NCBI GenBank assembly: GCA_022842585.1
Contig: JALHPI010000002.1
Coordinates: 1-57,892 of the forward strand
From: Minisyncoccota bacterium
GTDB lineage: Bacteria; Patescibacteriota; Minisyncoccia; Phycocordibacterales; Phycocordibacteraceae
Direction: 5' to 3'
Length of the DNA stretch: 57,892 bases
In this document: piece by piece, positions 47,372-56,997 of the stretch
How the letters are laid out: each line of letters begins with the position of its first letter
How positions within the stretch are numbered: the first letter of the stretch is position 1
Notes under the pieces: generated by a model
What the model saw: the letters and a program-made list of their open reading frames with translations, nothing else
Told to the model about the DNA's origin: nothing
Databases searched by the model: none
Made by a program: the position numbers and the translations under genes

Positions 47372-47807
47372 GAGTATAGGTGATGGTGCGCGAACCATCC
47401 GCTTGCGGTTCAAGGCGTATGCGAATCGCAGGCAGCGGGAGCGCATCATCCACTTGCTCCGGCCATTCTAAGATGATGAGATTTTTTTCTTCGCGCATCG
47501 CTTCATCAAAGCCGAGCGCTCCAAGCTCCTTCCCTTCCTTGAGGCGATACGCGTCGATGTGGATGAGACGGGTAAACGGCACGGACTCTCCGAGTACGTA
47601 AATCTTTTCGAGCACGAAGGTCGGGCTCGTGACCGCATCCTCCACGCCAAGCGCCTTGGCTAGCGCTTTAGTGAAGGCGGTTTTCCCCGCTCCAAGCTCG
47701 CCCGAAAGCGTGATGAGGGTCGCCGTACCGTCAGTAGGCGCAAGGGTTTTGGCGAAGTCTCTCGCTTCGGACTCAAGCTCGGACAAGGTAGGGAGATTTT
47801 TCTGCAT
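47364..47807 (-). CDS. tsaE: tRNA t6A biosynthesis ATPase TsaE
   Basis: LSGELGAGKT.F, VTSPTF, HIDAYRL, LEW. Confidence 0.96.
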   Translation of the reverse strand: MQKNLPTLSELESEARDFAKTLAPTDGTATLITLSGELGAGKTAFTKALAKALGVEDAVTSPTFVLEKIYVLGESVPFTRLIHIDAYRLKEGKELGALGFDEAMREEKNLIILEWPEQVDDALPLPAIRIRLEPQADGSRTITYTHE

Positions 47808-47870
47808 AGGGCTATTGTAGCCTTTCGGTGTTTTTAGGCCACAAATCGGAGTGCTATGATTCCTCTACAT

Positions 47871-49544
47871 ATGCCTAGCCATTTCGATACCGAGGCGGAA
47901 GACGCAAAGCTTGCGGGACTCCGCGAGAAGGAAGAAGAAGACCTCGCCCGCATCCTCTCGGACAAATACGGACTCACCTACACTGACCTATCCGTAGTTC
48001 CGGTAAACGTAGACGCGCTCCGTCTCATTCCTGAAGAGAAAGCGCGCGAAGCGGAAGTGGCCGCATTCGAAAAAACCGGAAAGAAGCTTTCCTTGGCGCT
48101 CCGCAATCCGCAGAATCCTGCACTAGCTGCCATCTATGAGGCGCTTGAGGCTCGCGGCCTTACGCTTGAGAAGTATCTTGTGTCCGGACGAAGCTTGAAG
48201 CACGCGCTCGATCGCTATGCAGACCTCTCGTATGCGCACGTTTCTACCGAAGGTGTGTTCGATATTTCAGGCGAGGACCTTGGCGACCTGAAGCGCGATT
48301 TTCATACGCTCGTCGACCTGAAGACGCACTTGGATGAGGTGCTCTCCTCGAAGAAAACTGCCCAGGTGTCGCGTGTGTTCGAAGACGTCATCGCCGCCGC
48401 CCTTTCCATGAACGCATCCGACATCCACATCGAGCCGGAAGAGCATGGTGTGCGCCTTCGCCTTCGCCTCGACGGCATGCTTCAGGATGCCTACACCTTT
48501 GAAGAAAAGACGTATCGCTCCATAGGCTCGCGCATTAAACTCCTTTCAGGATTGAAGCTGAACGTAGAGAACCGCGCGCAGGACGGACGCTTCACCATCG
48601 CGGTGCAGGGCACCGAGATTGAGGTGCGCACGTCCATCATCCCGGGAAACTACGGCGAGTCCTTCGTACTCCGCGTGCTCGACCCTTCGACCCTTACCCG
48701 CTCCTTTGAAGATATGGGCGTGAATGCGAAATTGCTCGCGCGTCTTCGCAAGGAGATAAAGCGCCCAAACGGCCTCTTGCTTACGACCGGCCCAACAGGC
48801 TCCGGTAAGACGACGACCTTGTATACGTTCCTTCGCGAACTTCATACTCCTGATACGAAAATCGTCACTATCGAAGACCCTATTGAGTACCACCTACAAG
48901 GCATCGTGCAGACCCAGACAAACGGACAGGACTACACCTTCGCTTCCGGACTCCGCTCAGTACTTCGTCAGGACCCGGACGTCATTCTCGTGGGAGAAAT
49001 CCGCGACAAGGAGGTGGCTGACGTCGCGCTCCAGGCGGCACTCACCGGACACTTCGTATTTTCCACGCTCCATACGAACAATGCCGCAGGCACCTTCCCC
49101 CGCCTCGTCGACCTCGGCGCCGACCCGAAACTATTTGCGTCCGCAGTCTCAGTCGCAATGGCACAGCGCCTCATGCGCACCCTTGATCCCGACACGAAGA
49201 AAGCGCGTCCCGCTACCGAAGAAGAAAAGAAACTTATGCAGGCGGTGATGTCTACGCTTACCGACCCGTCTCTCCTTCCCCCAAACTACGACACCGTGTA
49301 TGACGCCGTACCAAGTGAAGACGGCAGAACGGGATACAAAGGACGACTCGGCGTACACGAAGCTATCTTTATGGACGAAGAGCTCGGAGAATTTTTGCGC
49401 GACAATCCTTCCGAGGGCGACATCGCAAAGCATGCGCTCCGCCAGGGTTATCTCACGATGGCGCAGGACGGCGTACTCAAGGTGCTTGCAGGACAAACGA
49501 CACTCGAGGAACTGACCCGCGTCGTCGACTTGCCTCGAGTATGA
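47871..49544 (+). CDS. pilB: GspE/PilB family pilus assembly ATPase
   Basis: ASDIHIEP, QDGRF, TGPTGSGKTTTLY, TIEDPIEY, LRQDPD.ILVGEIRD, STLHTN. Confidence 0.93.
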   Translation: MPSHFDTEAEDAKLAGLREKEEEDLARILSDKYGLTYTDLSVVPVNVDALRLIPEEKAREAEVAAFEKTGKKLSLALRNPQNPALAAIYEALEARGLTLEKYLVSGRSLKHALDRYADLSYAHVSTEGVFDISGEDLGDLKRDFHTLVDLKTHLDEVLSSKKTAQVSRVFEDVIAAALSMNASDIHIEPEEHGVRLRLRLDGMLQDAYTFEEKTYRSIGSRIKLLSGLKLNVENRAQDGRFTIAVQGTEIEVRTSIIPGNYGESFVLRVLDPSTLTRSFEDMGVNAKLLARLRKEIKRPNGLLLTTGPTGSGKTTTLYTFLRELHTPDTKIVTIEDPIEYHLQGIVQTQTNGQDYTFASGLRSVLRQDPDVILVGEIRDKEVADVALQAALTGHFVFSTLHTNNAAGTFPRLVDLGADPKLFASAVSVAMAQRLMRTLDPDTKKARPATEEEKKLMQAVMSTLTDPSLLPPNYDTVYDAVPSEDGRTGYKGRLGVHEAIFMDEELGEFLRDNPSEGDIAKHALRQGYLTMAQDGVLKVLAGQTTLEELTRVVDLPRV

Positions 49545-50191
49545 ATGCAGAAGTATATACTTCGCCAGAATCACCAGTAGTAGTGTTTGAACGTTTCTTT
49601 GAGAAACCAGTCGTAAAAATTTCTTGGGAGGAACTGCCCGTGGTAGTGCAGGAATATTTCGAGGTTCGAAGTAAGCTTCGAGTCTACCCAGACGACTGGA
49701 AACCGCGCAATTATCTTTCTCTTTGGAGAATTGATATGGGAGGGAACGATACTCTATATGCCGGGGAACAAAAAAAAGACACTGTCTTTGATGGAGTATT
49801 GGAAGGCAGAGAGCATTTGATTCATTGTATACGTTTTCAGGGCGACACTCGTGTCGCTGACTCCACCATAGAGAAGCTACTTGTATATAAAGACCAGAGG
49901 ACAAAAGAAATCATTCGGAATGAGGACCCCTTCCCTTTCACTGATTTCATCGGGGTTGAGCGTGATTTCCAGCGTAAAGGTCTGGCGCATGAGCAATTAC
50001 GGGCTATGAACGCGCTTTCTCATATGATTTTTAATCAACCGTTGCACAGCTCCACCTATCAGACACCAAGTGGGGAGGCAATGACAAAAAGTGCGGTTGA
50101 AAAAGGGCTGGCAATATCGTCAAAAAAATATCCTGAGCGGTTTGTCTACATAACAACCGCAACTGGGGTCGATCCTGCTACAGGTGATTAA
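49541..50191 (+). CDS. Hypothetical protein with GNAT-like motif
   Basis: V..DFQRKGLA acetyl-CoA-binding-like motif; ATGA overlap with pilB. Confidence 0.6.
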   Translation: MNAEVYTSPESPVVVFERFFEKPVVKISWEELPVVVQEYFEVRSKLRVYPDDWKPRNYLSLWRIDMGGNDTLYAGEQKKDTVFDGVLEGREHLIHCIRFQGDTRVADSTIEKLLVYKDQRTKEIIRNEDPFPFTDFIGVERDFQRKGLAHEQLRAMNALSHMIFNQPLHSSTYQTPSGEAMTKSAVEKGLAISSKKYPERFVYITTATGVDPATGD

Positions 50192-50222
50192 AGAAAAAGC
50201 ACCCTCTCGGGTGCTTTTTCTT
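50191..50222 (+). terminator. Intrinsic terminator
   Basis: AAGAAAAAGCACCC-TCTC-GGGTGCTTTTTCTT. Confidence 0.85.
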
Positions 50223-50373
50223 AGTCTTTCGTACACACAACCCTCCAGGCCGAACAACACGCCTGAGGAGTCGACCAGCGCTCCACTCCGGAGAGTGGTA
50301 CCAGTACGGTCCTTGGGGAGTCGCCCTTAGCCGTCAAGCCTTGCCTAGAGGGTTCTATGCGCGAAAGGAACTG

Positions 50374-50543
50374 GGAACCTATCCTGAAAATAACCGCAGA
50401 AGCTTGGCCGCTACGACAGTTGTTGTCTGGCTGCGACAGGCAACGGCTCGTCTTCGTCGTATTTCAATACGTCTCAGACTCCGCCGGCCTGTCTCGCTCA
50501 CACCACAACTGCCTCGCAGGCCATTATTTTCAGGATAGGTTCC
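50374..50543 (-). repeat. Repeat family B, long copy (reverse orientation)
   Basis: Perfect 20-bp terminal IR GGAACCTATCCTGAAAATAA; minus strand TGCGAGGC..GAGACGTATTGAAATACGACGA. Confidence 0.75.
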
Positions 50544-50603
50544 TTCTGCAAACAAAAACGAGCCCTTCGCTCGTGTGGTAGAATGCTAGCATACCCTGTA
50601 TTT

Positions 50604-51608
50604 ATGTCAACCCCCACCCCAGAACCTAAGGATAAGGCCGTCGCTCCGGACTTAGCGCTCGACTCGACGCTCCGGCCGAACATCTGGGACGAATACGTAG
50701 GCCAAGGACACGTAAAAGCGAATGTCCGCGTAGCACTTGATGCCGCAAAGAAGCGCGGAGACATGCCCGAGCACATCCTTTTCTATGGTCCGCCTGGTGT
50801 GGGCAAGACCACGCTCGCCCACCTGGTCGCCCTCACGCTTGATGCGCCACTGAAGACGACGTCGGGTGTGGCTATCGAGCGTGCAGGCGACCTCGCCGCC
50901 ATACTCACGAACCTTGAGCCGGGCTCTGTCCTCTTTATAGATGAAATCCATAGGCTTGGTACGAAGATAGAGGAACTCCTCTACCCCGCGCTTGAAAACG
51001 GCTCGCTCGATATCATTCTTGGTAAAGGCCCGTCGGCCCGCACCGTCGAGCTCTCGCTCCCCCGCTTCACACTCGTGGGCGCTACGACACGCGTCGCGCA
51101 GATTTCAGGTCCGCTCCGCTCACGCTTTGGCGGCGGCACCTACCAGCTCGACTTCTACTCAGACGAAGACTTGCGCGCCATCATCGCGCGAAGCGCGCGT
51201 GTGCTTGGCCTCACGGTCCCGCCGTCCGTGGTCGCCATGCTCGCAGGAAGAAGCCGCGCCACCCCGCGCGTTGCAAACGCACTCCTGAAGCGCGTACGCG
51301 ACTACTCCGAAGTGCATGAGGTAGAGATGAATGAGGAGGCCTGTAACAAAGCCTGCGAGCTCTTCGGCATAGACGCGCTTGGCCTTACGAAAGACGACCG
51401 TCGCTACCTTGAGACGCTTGAGACGGGATTCAAGGGCGGGCCTGCCGGTATCCGCGCCCTCGCCTCCGCACTTCACGAAGACCCGGACACAGTGGAGAAC
51501 GTATACGAGCCCTACCTCATGCGCCTTGGATTCATCGAGCGGGGTCCGCGCGGTCGCGTGCTTACGGAAAAAGGTTCCTCGTATCTGCGAAACGGCGTTT
51601 CGTTCTAA
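50604..51608 (+). CDS. ruvB: Holliday junction helicase RuvB
   Basis: LRP...EYVGQ, GPPGVGKTTLA, FIDEIHRL, FTLVGATT, EPYL...G...RGPRGR. Confidence 0.98.
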   Translation: MSTPTPEPKDKAVAPDLALDSTLRPNIWDEYVGQGHVKANVRVALDAAKKRGDMPEHILFYGPPGVGKTTLAHLVALTLDAPLKTTSGVAIERAGDLAAILTNLEPGSVLFIDEIHRLGTKIEELLYPALENGSLDIILGKGPSARTVELSLPRFTLVGATTRVAQISGPLRSRFGGGTYQLDFYSDEDLRAIIARSARVLGLTVPPSVVAMLAGRSRATPRVANALLKRVRDYSEVHEVEMNEEACNKACELFGIDALGLTKDDRRYLETLETGFKGGPAGIRALASALHEDPDTVENVYEPYLMRLGFIERGPRGRVLTEKGSSYLRNGVSF

Positions 51609-51631
51609 TACATAGAAAGTTTTATTAAGTG

Positions 51632-51756
51632 ACGGCCGAGCTATAAGGTTTATGTGCAAGGCGCGGAGCTAAGATTTTCGGAGACGTATTGAACATACGG
51701 CGGAGAAAATCGAGAGGCTCCGTAACGCAGCAGATAAGCCTTATAGGCGGCCTCGT
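51632..51756. repeat. Repeat family B copy between ruvB and yebC
   Basis: IR CTATAAGG..CCTTATAG; TGCAAGGCGCG..CGTATTGAACATACGGCG..GTAACGCAGCAG. Confidence 0.8.
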
Positions 51757-51778
51757 AGAATTTCGATACAATGCGCAT

Positions 51779-52357
51779 ATGGCGGGACACAGTAAATGGG
51801 CTCAGATAAAGCGCGGAAAGGCGGTTACGGACGCCGCGAAAAGCCGCGCATTCTCCAAGTTCGCCCGTGAAATAACCATGGAGTCTAAGAAGGCTGCGGG
51901 AAACGTCGCCTCCCCTACTCTCGCCTCCGTCATCACGCGTGCAAAGGCCGCAAACATGCCCAAAGAAAACATTGAGCGCGCCGTCGCGAAAGGCATCTCC
52001 AAAGATTCAGGCGACCTCGAGCAGGTCGCGTATGAATTCTACGGACCAGGCGGCGTAGCACTCATCGCGCTTGCGGTGACCGATAGCAGGAACCGCTCGA
52101 CGCAGGAGATAAAAGTATTGCTCGGCAAAAAGGACTGCGAGCTTGGCACTCCGGGAAGTGCTGCGTGGGCGTTTACCAAGCTTCCTGACGGCCGTTTCAA
52201 GGCGAACGAACCGCTGATGGATATTGCGGGAGAAGACGAGGAGAAACTTTCCGACCTCCTTACGCATCTTGATGAACTCGATGATGTGCAAGAGGTGGTC
52301 ACAAACGCACGCGGATACGAAACGACCGCAGACGACGGAGATTCCTCCACGCACTAA
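51779..52357 (+). CDS. yebC: YebC/PmpR family protein (short, 192 aa)
   Basis: MAGHSKW.QIK, ANMPKENIERA, YE.YGPGG, LDELDDVQ.V.TN. Confidence 0.95.
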   Translation: MAGHSKWAQIKRGKAVTDAAKSRAFSKFAREITMESKKAAGNVASPTLASVITRAKAANMPKENIERAVAKGISKDSGDLEQVAYEFYGPGGVALIALAVTDSRNRSTQEIKVLLGKKDCELGTPGSAAWAFTKLPDGRFKANEPLMDIAGEDEEKLSDLLTHLDELDDVQEVVTNARGYETTADDGDSSTH

Positions 52358-52442
52358 ATGATATGATATATCATATCATTTATTTTCTAAGGATTGGAGA
52401 TGAGGAGAAGTTGGAGGAGCGTGGGGCGCGTAGCAAAACCGT

Positions 52443-52910
52443 ATGAGGGTGCTCGCGATAGATCCGGGGTTTGATCGTCTCGGCATGGCAGTCCTTGAGG
52501 GAGACGCGAGCAAGCCGGTAGTGGTATGGAGCGACTGTGTACAACCACCCAAAGGCGACAAAGAGATGCGGCTTGCTGCAGTGACGGAAGCGGTGCGTAG
52601 CGCAATAGAAACATATGCACCCGACTGCTTTGCGCTTGAGACACTCTTCTTCAGTACGAACAAAAAGACCGCGCTCGGGGTAGCGGAGGCGCGCGGCGCA
52701 GCGCTTTCTGCGGCGGGCAAAGCAGGCGTGCGGGTATGCGAATACTCTCCGGGGACGATAAAAGTGGCGGTGACCGGAAACGGACGCGCTGATAAGAAAT
52801 CCATCGCGCAGATGATTCCGCTCCTGGTTTCGCTTTCAGTAAAAAAGCGTCTGGACGATGAGCTCGACGCTATAGCGGTCGGAATCACTGCGCTTGCCGA
52901 CCGCAGGTAG
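52443..52910 (+). CDS. ruvC: Crossover junction endodeoxyribonuclease RuvC
   Basis: LAIDPG...G, ETLFF..N, EARG, K.AVTG.G.ADK, DDELDAIAVG. Confidence 0.96.
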   Translation: MRVLAIDPGFDRLGMAVLEGDASKPVVVWSDCVQPPKGDKEMRLAAVTEAVRSAIETYAPDCFALETLFFSTNKKTALGVAEARGAALSAAGKAGVRVCEYSPGTIKVAVTGNGRADKKSIAQMIPLLVSLSVKKRLDDELDAIAVGITALADRR

Positions 52911-53022
52911 CAGATTAGCTATACACACCCGAAACCTTATCCCCTTTCAAAAGAAACCCTTGTCTGTTACATATATACGCGTTGGCACCATATGTGCCGG
53001 CATACAAGATAAATTTTATTGC

Positions 53023-53148
53023 ATGGATCACGATGATGATGAAATAAAGGAACCGACCGACCTCGATGACATGGAGGAGGACGCGCTCGACGACGATGAT
53101 GCCGTCGAACCGAAACTCGACGAAGAAGAGGAGGACAAGTGGTCATAG
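53023..53148 (+). CDS. 41-aa extremely acidic peptide
   Basis: MDHDDDEIKEPTDLDDMEEDALDDDDAVEPKLDEEEEDKWS followed by a terminator. Confidence 0.55.
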   Translation: MDHDDDEIKEPTDLDDMEEDALDDDDAVEPKLDEEEEDKWS

Positions 53149-53158
53149 AACCTTACGT

Positions 53159-53190
53159 AAAACGGGCGGCCATCTCGGCCGCCCGTTTTG
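53159..53190 (+). terminator. Intrinsic terminator
   Basis: AAAACGGGCGGCC-ATCTC-GGCCGCCCGTTTT. Confidence 0.75.
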
Positions 53191-53214
53191 CCTTTTGTGT
53201 TAGGATGCAAAAAT

Positions 53215-55365
53215 ATGACGAAGAAGAAGTTTAGTTTCAAAGCACTCCTCCATAGTGAGCATCCGTACGCCAAGGCCGCATACATCGGGCTCGGATGCCT
53301 CCTTTTTGGATTCGGCGCGACCCTCCTCGTAGTCGCGCTCGCTCCTGTGCCGGGGCTTGAGACGCTCTCTACGCGAAAAATCAGTGAGTCCACCCGCATC
53401 CTGGACCGCGAGGGTACGACGGTTCTCTATGACTTGAATCCGGACGTCACGCGCAACATGGTGCCTTTGACCGACGTATCGCCCAATATCCAGCAAGCGA
53501 CGCTCGCTATCGAAGACTCCGCGTTCTATTTCCACAATGGAGTGAGCCTTCCCGCTATCGCTCGCGCTATTTTCGTAAACGTAACGACCGGGCGCGCCGC
53601 GCAGGGCGGGTCGACCATCACTCAACAAGTGGTGAAGAATACCCTTCTTACAAATGAGAAGAGTATCTCTCGAAAAATACATGAGTGGGTACTCGCACTC
53701 AGGCTTGAGCAGGTATACAGCAAGGACGAAATCCTCGAGCTGTATTTCAATAACACTCCGTATGGCGGAACACTCTACGGCGTAGAGGCCGCCACCCGTG
53801 CATACTTTGGGAAGTCAGCAAAAGACGTGTCACTCGCGGAAGCCGCCTACCTCGCCGCCCTTCCCCAGGCACCCACCTACTTCTCTCCATACGGCAACAA
53901 CCGCGAAGCGCTCGATGCACGCAAAGATATCGTGCTCGACCGCATGAAGAAGCTTGGGTACATAAACGACGAAGAGTACGAGGCCGCAAGGAATGAGAAA
54001 GTCACGTGGAGTCCCCAGCGCTCAAACTCCATCATCGCTCCGCACTTCGTGTTCTATATTCAGCAGTATCTAGAAAATAAATACGGGCCGACTGCCGTTA
54101 CCCGCGGCCTTGAGGTGCAGACCACTATCGATGTCGACCTCCAGCGCGAAGCAGAATCGATTGTGAGCCGATACGGCAAAGAGAACCAGACGAAGTTCAA
54201 TGCATCAAACGCGGCGCTCGTTGCCATGGACCCTAAGACCGGGCAAATCCTCTCGATGGTCGGCTCGCGTGATTACTTCGACACGGAAATAGATGGCAGC
54301 TACAACATCGCTATCGCTGAGCGCCAGCCCGGCTCATCTTTCAAACCATTCGTGTATGCTGCCGCACTCTTGAAAGGATTCACCCCTCAGACCGCCATAT
54401 TTGACCTTCCGACGCAGTTCTCTACCGCTTGCGACCCTTCGGACGTCTTCAACACCGCGTACCCCTGCTACGCGCCGTCAAACTACGACAATAAGTCTCG
54501 TGGCCCGATGACGTTCATGACCGCGCTAGCGCAATCCATAAACGTGCCAGCAGTGAAAGTGATGTACCTCGCCGGCATAGAGAATGTGATAGACCTTGCG
54601 ACCAGTATGGGCATCACCACGCTTGGAGAGGCGAAGGAGTACGGGCTCTCGCTTGCGCTTGGCGCTGCGGAAGTGAAACTCTTAGACCTCGTAGGCGCGT
54701 ACACGGTCTTTGCAAACGATGGGAACCTCAACCCTCCGACCGGCATACTAAAAGTCACAGACTCGGACGGGGTGGTGCTTGAAGAATTCAAAGCAAATCC
54801 AACGCAAGTACTTGATGCGGGGGTGGCTCGCGATATTTCCTACATGATGTCGACGAACGAGGCGCGCTTCCCTGAGTATCCGCCAAATAACCCGTTTCAC
54901 TTCGAAGGCTACGACGTAGCCGCGAAGACCGGTACCACAAACGACTATCGCGACGCATGGACAGTCGGCTACACCCCATCCATCGTGGTGGGCGTCTGGG
55001 CGGGAAACAACGACAACAGCCCCATGGTGAAGCAGGTCGCAGGCTACATCGTCTCCCCTATGTGGCGGGAGTTTATGCAGATTGCGCTTGATACGTTCCC
55101 GCAGGAATTCTTCGGAGAGCCACGCGCCATCCCCGACAATGCTCCAGGCATTCTCCGCGGTATCTACACGGACGGAAGCGGTATCCACGACACCCTCCAC
55201 TTCGTAAACAAGGACAATCCACTAGGTGGAGGCAACTCCCGCTACGACGGCCAGTATCCGTACTGGGAATACTCACTCCACACAGCGCCTGTGATTCCTA
55301 CTCCTGAATCCATTCCCTACAACAATAATACCGACCCTGAAGGAAACCCTATTGGCTGGCAATAA
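53215..55365 (+). CDS. Class A penicillin-binding protein (PBP1A family)
   Basis: AIED..FY.H.G, QGGSTITQQ.VKN, QPGSSFKP, S.NVPAV, KTGT. Confidence 0.96.
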   Translation: MTKKKFSFKALLHSEHPYAKAAYIGLGCLLFGFGATLLVVALAPVPGLETLSTRKISESTRILDREGTTVLYDLNPDVTRNMVPLTDVSPNIQQATLAIEDSAFYFHNGVSLPAIARAIFVNVTTGRAAQGGSTITQQVVKNTLLTNEKSISRKIHEWVLALRLEQVYSKDEILELYFNNTPYGGTLYGVEAATRAYFGKSAKDVSLAEAAYLAALPQAPTYFSPYGNNREALDARKDIVLDRMKKLGYINDEEYEAARNEKVTWSPQRSNSIIAPHFVFYIQQYLENKYGPTAVTRGLEVQTTIDVDLQREAESIVSRYGKENQTKFNASNAALVAMDPKTGQILSMVGSRDYFDTEIDGSYNIAIAERQPGSSFKPFVYAAALLKGFTPQTAIFDLPTQFSTACDPSDVFNTAYPCYAPSNYDNKSRGPMTFMTALAQSINVPAVKVMYLAGIENVIDLATSMGITTLGEAKEYGLSLALGAAEVKLLDLVGAYTVFANDGNLNPPTGILKVTDSDGVVLEEFKANPTQVLDAGVARDISYMMSTNEARFPEYPPNNPFHFEGYDVAAKTGTTNDYRDAWTVGYTPSIVVGVWAGNNDNSPMVKQVAGYIVSPMWREFMQIALDTFPQEFFGEPRAIPDNAPGILRGIYTDGSGIHDTLHFVNKDNPLGGGNSRYDGQYPYWEYSLHTAPVIPTPESIPYNNNTDPEGNPIGWQ

Positions 55366-55368
55366 AAG

Positions 55369-55896
55369 CTAATTAGCTCGCTTTTTAAGCGAAATACTAA
55401 TTTGAATATCTATCTCTTTTCCTAAATCCGAACTTAGCCTTAGGGTGTCAAGGTATTTTTTAAGATCTTTTAAAAGTTTTTCTGAACTTATGGCCAAAAA
55501 CTGTGGATGTTCAAAATGTTCACTATTTTTACCAAAAGGAATTCCAAACGATTTTCTTACCCCATCAATATCTACAAAAAACGGGAATATTGAGTGAAGG
55601 AGGCCGTGTCTATACATATACAAAACAAATTCTGGCTCTGGCACACTTAAATAATTCAATAATGACAACAAAGAATCGTCTCCTTTGTTATTAAATTCTA
55701 TTTTTGAAGTTACCTCTAAAATCGGTAATAAAATTCTATATTTATTGTAATGGTCGTAGTTGTCCGGATCTGAAAAAGAGTCTATATGAACAAATAATTT
55801 TTCTGTTTTTTCTATTTCCCTCTCTAAAGCAATCAATATTTCCGAGATAGGATATTTTCTTAATCCTCGATCAATTTGTGTGTATTTTCGTTCCAT
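55369..55896 (-). CDS. Very AT-rich hypothetical protein
   Basis: 175-aa ORF abutting the dnaN stop; LY.YRHGL.H motif. Confidence 0.65.
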   Translation of the reverse strand: MERKYTQIDRGLRKYPISEILIALEREIEKTEKLFVHIDSFSDPDNYDHYNKYRILLPILEVTSKIEFNNKGDDSLLSLLNYLSVPEPEFVLYMYRHGLLHSIFPFFVDIDGVRKSFGIPFGKNSEHFEHPQFLAISSEKLLKDLKKYLDTLRLSSDLGKEIDIQISISLKKRAN

Positions 55897-56997
55897 TTAC
55901 TGATTCATCGGCATTACAAGATAGAGGAACGAAGTATCACCTGAGCCACGGACCACAAGCGGGCGGCCAATGCCTGCCGCAGAGAGCGAGATGCTTTCGG
56001 TAGAGATGAGTGAGAGCGGAGCCTGCAGGTAGCGATGATTGAAAGAGAGTTCCAGCCCCTCCCCTGTCACTGCGACGGGGAAACTTTCCGTAGACTCACC
56101 CACATCATTATTCTGTGCCGAGAGGGTTATCTGCTTCTTCCCTACATCAATACCAAGCCGCACTTTCTGGAATGAGTCGGTGAATACTGATGCACGGCGA
56201 AGTCCTGCCTCAAAATCTTTTTTCAAGATGGTCGCTTCCGCCGCAAAAGACTTCGGAATGATTTGTGTGTAGTCAGGGTAGGTAGCAGACACAAGACGTG
56301 TGACCACTACACCCTTAGAGAAAGAGAATGAACATTGGTGCGCATCTGCATTCACGGTGATTTCATCATCCGGAAGTGTCTGGGCGATATCTATCGCATT
56401 CTTTGCGGGTACGAGGATAGAGAATGGAGATACCTTCCCCCCTACCGACACCTTCTTCTCTGCAAGACGGAATGAGTCGGTCGCTACCGCCTTCACTATT
56501 CCTCCTTCTGCGGAGAGTAAGATACTCGCAAGCTCTGGGCGGACCGTTGAGGGAGACGCGCAGGACGCTACCGATTGCAGCAGATCGCGCAAAATCACCC
56601 CTGAAAGAGAGAAGGAGGTGTTTGGAGAGTCTGGGATAGAGAGGGTTGGGAAATCATCGTAGGAGAGGGTTTTTATAGTGCTTTTAGCGTTTCCTGAAGA
56701 GATGAGTGCAGTATCTCCTGTCTGTTCTATGGTGAGGGTGCCATTTCCTGAAAAGGATGAGGTGATTTCCTTAAATACCCCAGCCGGAAGCGCTATCGCA
56801 CCTTCAGTCTTCACCACGCCCCCGATAGTGAAGTCTATTCCGGTCTCAAGGTTGGTGGCACAGAAACGAATCTTTTCTTTCGTCGCAACTATCGCGATGC
56901 CACCAAGTACCGGCAACGTACCACCTTTACGTTCCGCAAAACGAGATACTGTTCCCATCACCTCTGTCAGTTCTTTTTTATCTATAGAAATATTCAT
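55897..56997 (-). CDS. dnaN: DNA polymerase III beta clamp
   Basis: ATNLE, RPEL, VATDSFRLA, YPDY..IIP, FN..YL, YLVMPM. Confidence 0.97.
   Translation of the reverse strand: MNISIDKKELTEVMGTVSRFAERKGGTLPVLGGIAIVATKEKIRFCATNLETGIDFTIGGVVKTEGAIALPAGVFKEITSSFSGNGTLTIEQTGDTALISSGNAKSTIKTLSYDDFPTLSIPDSPNTSFSLSGVILRDLLQSVASCASPSTVRPELASILLSAEGGIVKAVATDSFRLAEKKVSVGGKVSPFSILVPAKNAIDIAQTLPDDEITVNADAHQCSFSFSKGVVVTRLVSATYPDYTQIIPKSFAAEATILKKDFEAGLRRASVFTDSFQKVRLGIDVGKKQITLSAQNNDVGESTESFPVAVTGEGLELSFNHRYLQAPLSLISTESISLSAAGIGRPLVVRGSGDTSFLYLVMPMNQ

Noticed and set aside
50292..50304. T-box-like GAGTGGTACC
   Set aside because: No stem I or specifier, and the downstream gene (ruvB) is not amino-acid related.
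50374..50543. 6S RNA candidate (170-nt rod)
   Set aside because: It shares internal motifs with dispersed repeat family B and lacks a clear large central bubble. Not fully excluded without an Rfam scan.
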